Assembly (NCBI RefSeq): GCF_032017025.1
Contig: NZ_DALZQO010000003.1
Coordinates: 30,208 to 54,207 of the forward strand
Length of the DNA stretch: 24,000 nucleotides
Origin: Hydrogenoanaerobacterium sp.
GTDB lineage: Bacteria; Bacillota; Clostridia; Oscillospirales; Ruminococcaceae
Direction: 5' to 3'
The notes under the pieces were generated by a model, which worked only from the letters and a program-made list of their open reading frames with translations, did no database searches and was not told the origin of the DNA. This document shows, in pieces, positions 22,379-24,000 of the stretch (position 1 is the stretch's first letter; each line of letters begins with the position of its first letter). The position numbers and the translations under genes were made by a program.

Positions 22379-23095
22379 ATGGTGGTGTTAAAAATGGCTT
22401 ACAGTGTTCAGGCTGCTAATATAGTTTTTAACTATATTGTACAGAAAATTAAGACCGGGGAATGGCTGCCTGGCACAAAGATCGAAACAGAAGTTCAGCT
22501 GTGTGAAAAGCTGAATGTCAGCCGGATCGCTGTTCGGCAGGCGTTGGAGAAGCTCTCTACACTTTCTGTTTTGCGAAAGGTGCAGGGTTCTGGTACTTAT
22601 GTTGAGGAGTTTGAGAATGCTACGCTGTTGGGGCTGCCGTATTTTGCAACAACAAGGCGGACAATGATTACCATACTTGAGTTTCGTCGTATGTTTGATT
22701 CCTACAATGCCGAGCTATTTATCAGCAAATATACCGATGAAGATCTAAAACTTCTGGAACAAAATTATGAAGAGATGAAGAAATCGGTTCATGATCGAAA
22801 GAAGTTTCGGTATTGCGACAATGAGTTTCATCAGATCATTGCAAAAGGTACGCGAAATGCGATTATTGCTCAGATATCCAATCTGTTTACGGGGCTTTTA
22901 ACCGAGCATCAGACGGTGCTGTACCACAATGTTGGCCCTGAACATGCCATCCAATATCATGGAATGATATTAGACTGCATACGAGACAAAAACGCGGAGC
23001 TTGCTGCCATCTACTCCCGCATGCACATCGAAAATTCGCTTCAAAAGCTGTTGGAGAAGACCGATGAAGATTTTGTTTCGGAATACGAAGTATAA
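22379..23095 (+). CDS. GntR family transcriptional regulator, FadR subfamily (FCD domain)
   Basis: N-terminal winged HTH (LCEKLNVSRIAVRQALEKLSTLSVLRKVQGSGTYV). The all-helical C-terminal domain carries the D..H / H / H pattern (DNEFHQII, YHGMIL). ATG 22394, preceded by GGTGGTG, may be the true start. Confidence 0.85.
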   Translation: MVVLKMAYSVQAANIVFNYIVQKIKTGEWLPGTKIETEVQLCEKLNVSRIAVRQALEKLSTLSVLRKVQGSGTYVEEFENATLLGLPYFATTRRTMITILEFRRMFDSYNAELFISKYTDEDLKLLEQNYEEMKKSVHDRKKFRYCDNEFHQIIAKGTRNAIIAQISNLFTGLLTEHQTVLYHNVGPEHAIQYHGMILDCIRDKNAELAAIYSRMHIENSLQKLLEKTDEDFVSEYEV

Positions 23096-23111
23096 TGAAC
23101 CAATTCATAAG

Positions 23112-23141
23112 AAAGAGCGGATGCTAATGCATCCGCTCTTT
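23112..23141. terminator. Bidirectional terminator between the GntR gene (+) and the esterase gene (-)
   Basis: Stem AGAGCGGATGC / GCATCCGCTCT (11 bp, extendable by A-T pairs) with loop TAAT, followed by TTTCGCATTTT. Confidence 0.8.
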
Positions 23142-23156
23142 CGCATTTTATAAGGC

Positions 23157-23945
23157 CTACAGCCATTGAATGAACTGGCCGATGCACTTATCCCAATAGG
23201 CCCAATCATGTAAGCCGTCGCCATCGCAGAAGGTAGTGTCGCTGCCGGCTTCTTTTAGCTTTTCGTAAAGGGCAACATTCATGTCGTGGTTCGCAACGTC
23301 CTGAATACCGCAGAAAATATAGCTTCTTGGTTTATGCTCTGCGTGGGTGAGGCCACCCGCAAGCTTATAAAGGTCATGGTTTGTGCCCGGAATTTTATCG
23401 GTTCCATCAAAAATAAGATCATAGCGGAAGAAATCAAAGCCCATTGCTTTCATACGTCCTTCCAGCACAGGGGGGTTCACAGCGCCCGAAAGGCAGCCGA
23501 ATGCCCCATACTGCTCCGGCTTTGAGAGTGCACACTTAGATGCCCCATAGCCACCCATAGAGGGTCCTGCAATGAAATTATCCTCGCGCTTTGAAGAAAG
23601 ATGGAAAGTTGCCTGCACAAAGTGGGGCAGCTCCTCGGTAATAAAGTCGAAGTAATCGTGCCCGCTGACCGCGTTGGTATAAAAACCGTTTTGGCCAGAT
23701 GGCATTACAACAGCGATGCCCTTTTCCTCAGCGTATCGCTCAATGTTGGTGTGGCGCAGCCACGAGGAATAATCATCCAAGGCGCCATGGAGAAGATAAA
23801 GCGTTTTGTGCTTTTTGCCCTCGGGGTAAATTTCGCTGTAAGAAGCATGCAGGCAGTCGTTGTCGGGCATACTCGGTATCAAGACGTTTAAGGTCACATG
23901 GTTTTTCAGTGCTTTGGAAAAGAAATTGCACTGGCAAAGAATCAT
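23157..23945 (-). CDS. Alpha/beta-hydrolase esterase (putative tributyrin esterase / esterase D-like family)
   Basis: Nucleophile elbow GPSMGGYGA, LYLLHG oxyanion-region motif and C-terminal DGLHDW (His). RBS GAAGGGGG. Confidence 0.8.
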   Translation of the reverse strand: MILCQCNFFSKALKNHVTLNVLIPSMPDNDCLHASYSEIYPEGKKHKTLYLLHGALDDYSSWLRHTNIERYAEEKGIAVVMPSGQNGFYTNAVSGHDYFDFITEELPHFVQATFHLSSKREDNFIAGPSMGGYGASKCALSKPEQYGAFGCLSGAVNPPVLEGRMKAMGFDFFRYDLIFDGTDKIPGTNHDLYKLAGGLTHAEHKPRSYIFCGIQDVANHDMNVALYEKLKEAGSDTTFCDGDGLHDWAYWDKCIGQFIQWL

Positions 23946-24000
23946 TTATAATTGCCCCCTTCTGATTACATATAGAACTAGTATAACCTTTTTGCAGGTG

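Noticed and set aside
1-24000. Search for mobile elements, CRISPR arrays, toxin-antitoxin or phage-defence genes, and tRNA/rRNA
   Set aside because: I could see no transposase, integrase or recombinase motifs, no regularly spaced direct repeats, no terminal inverted repeats flanking any block, and no cloverleaf-like or rRNA-like segments in the intergenic regions.

Overview
This looks like a chromosomal window from a Firmicutes/Clostridia-type anaerobe, judged from gene content, strong AGGAGG-type ribosome-binding sites, a lipobox lipoprotein and a glycyl-radical enzyme; I cannot assign the taxon further from sequence alone. Gene order is as follows. On the + strand, the alaS 3' end, a HIT hydrolase and a type-I phosphoribosyltransferase are followed by a tightly packed run: comEC, holA, a Toprim/RNase M5-like gene, an MBOAT gene and a DHHW-family gene. 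Next come a DUF1846/UPF0371 gene (-) and a flotillin gene (+). A visibly AT-rich islet then carries three small minus-strand ORFs. After it come a Crp/Fnr regulator and a YjjI-family glycyl-radical enzyme with its YjjW-family activase (+), then uridine phosphorylase (-). A nucleoside-type uptake operon follows: YczE-like membrane protein, BMP lipoprotein, double ABC ATPase, two permeases and a GntR/FadR regulator (+). The window ends with a convergent esterase (-). I found no rRNA, tRNA, CRISPR array, transposase, integrase or recognisable defence genes. The best candidate for an uncharacterised system is the Crp/Fnr-YjjI-YjjW module: an orphan, unusually small glycyl-radical enzyme with NrdD-like landmarks, sitting among nucleoside-salvage genes. 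Second is an intact, co-transcribed MBOAT + DHHW pair in which every canonical catalytic residue I can align is substituted. Related cases are a ComEC lacking the metallo-beta-lactamase metal motif and an HMA-fold protein with CxxC changed to SxxS. All family assignments rest on motifs recognised by eye; no database search was run.
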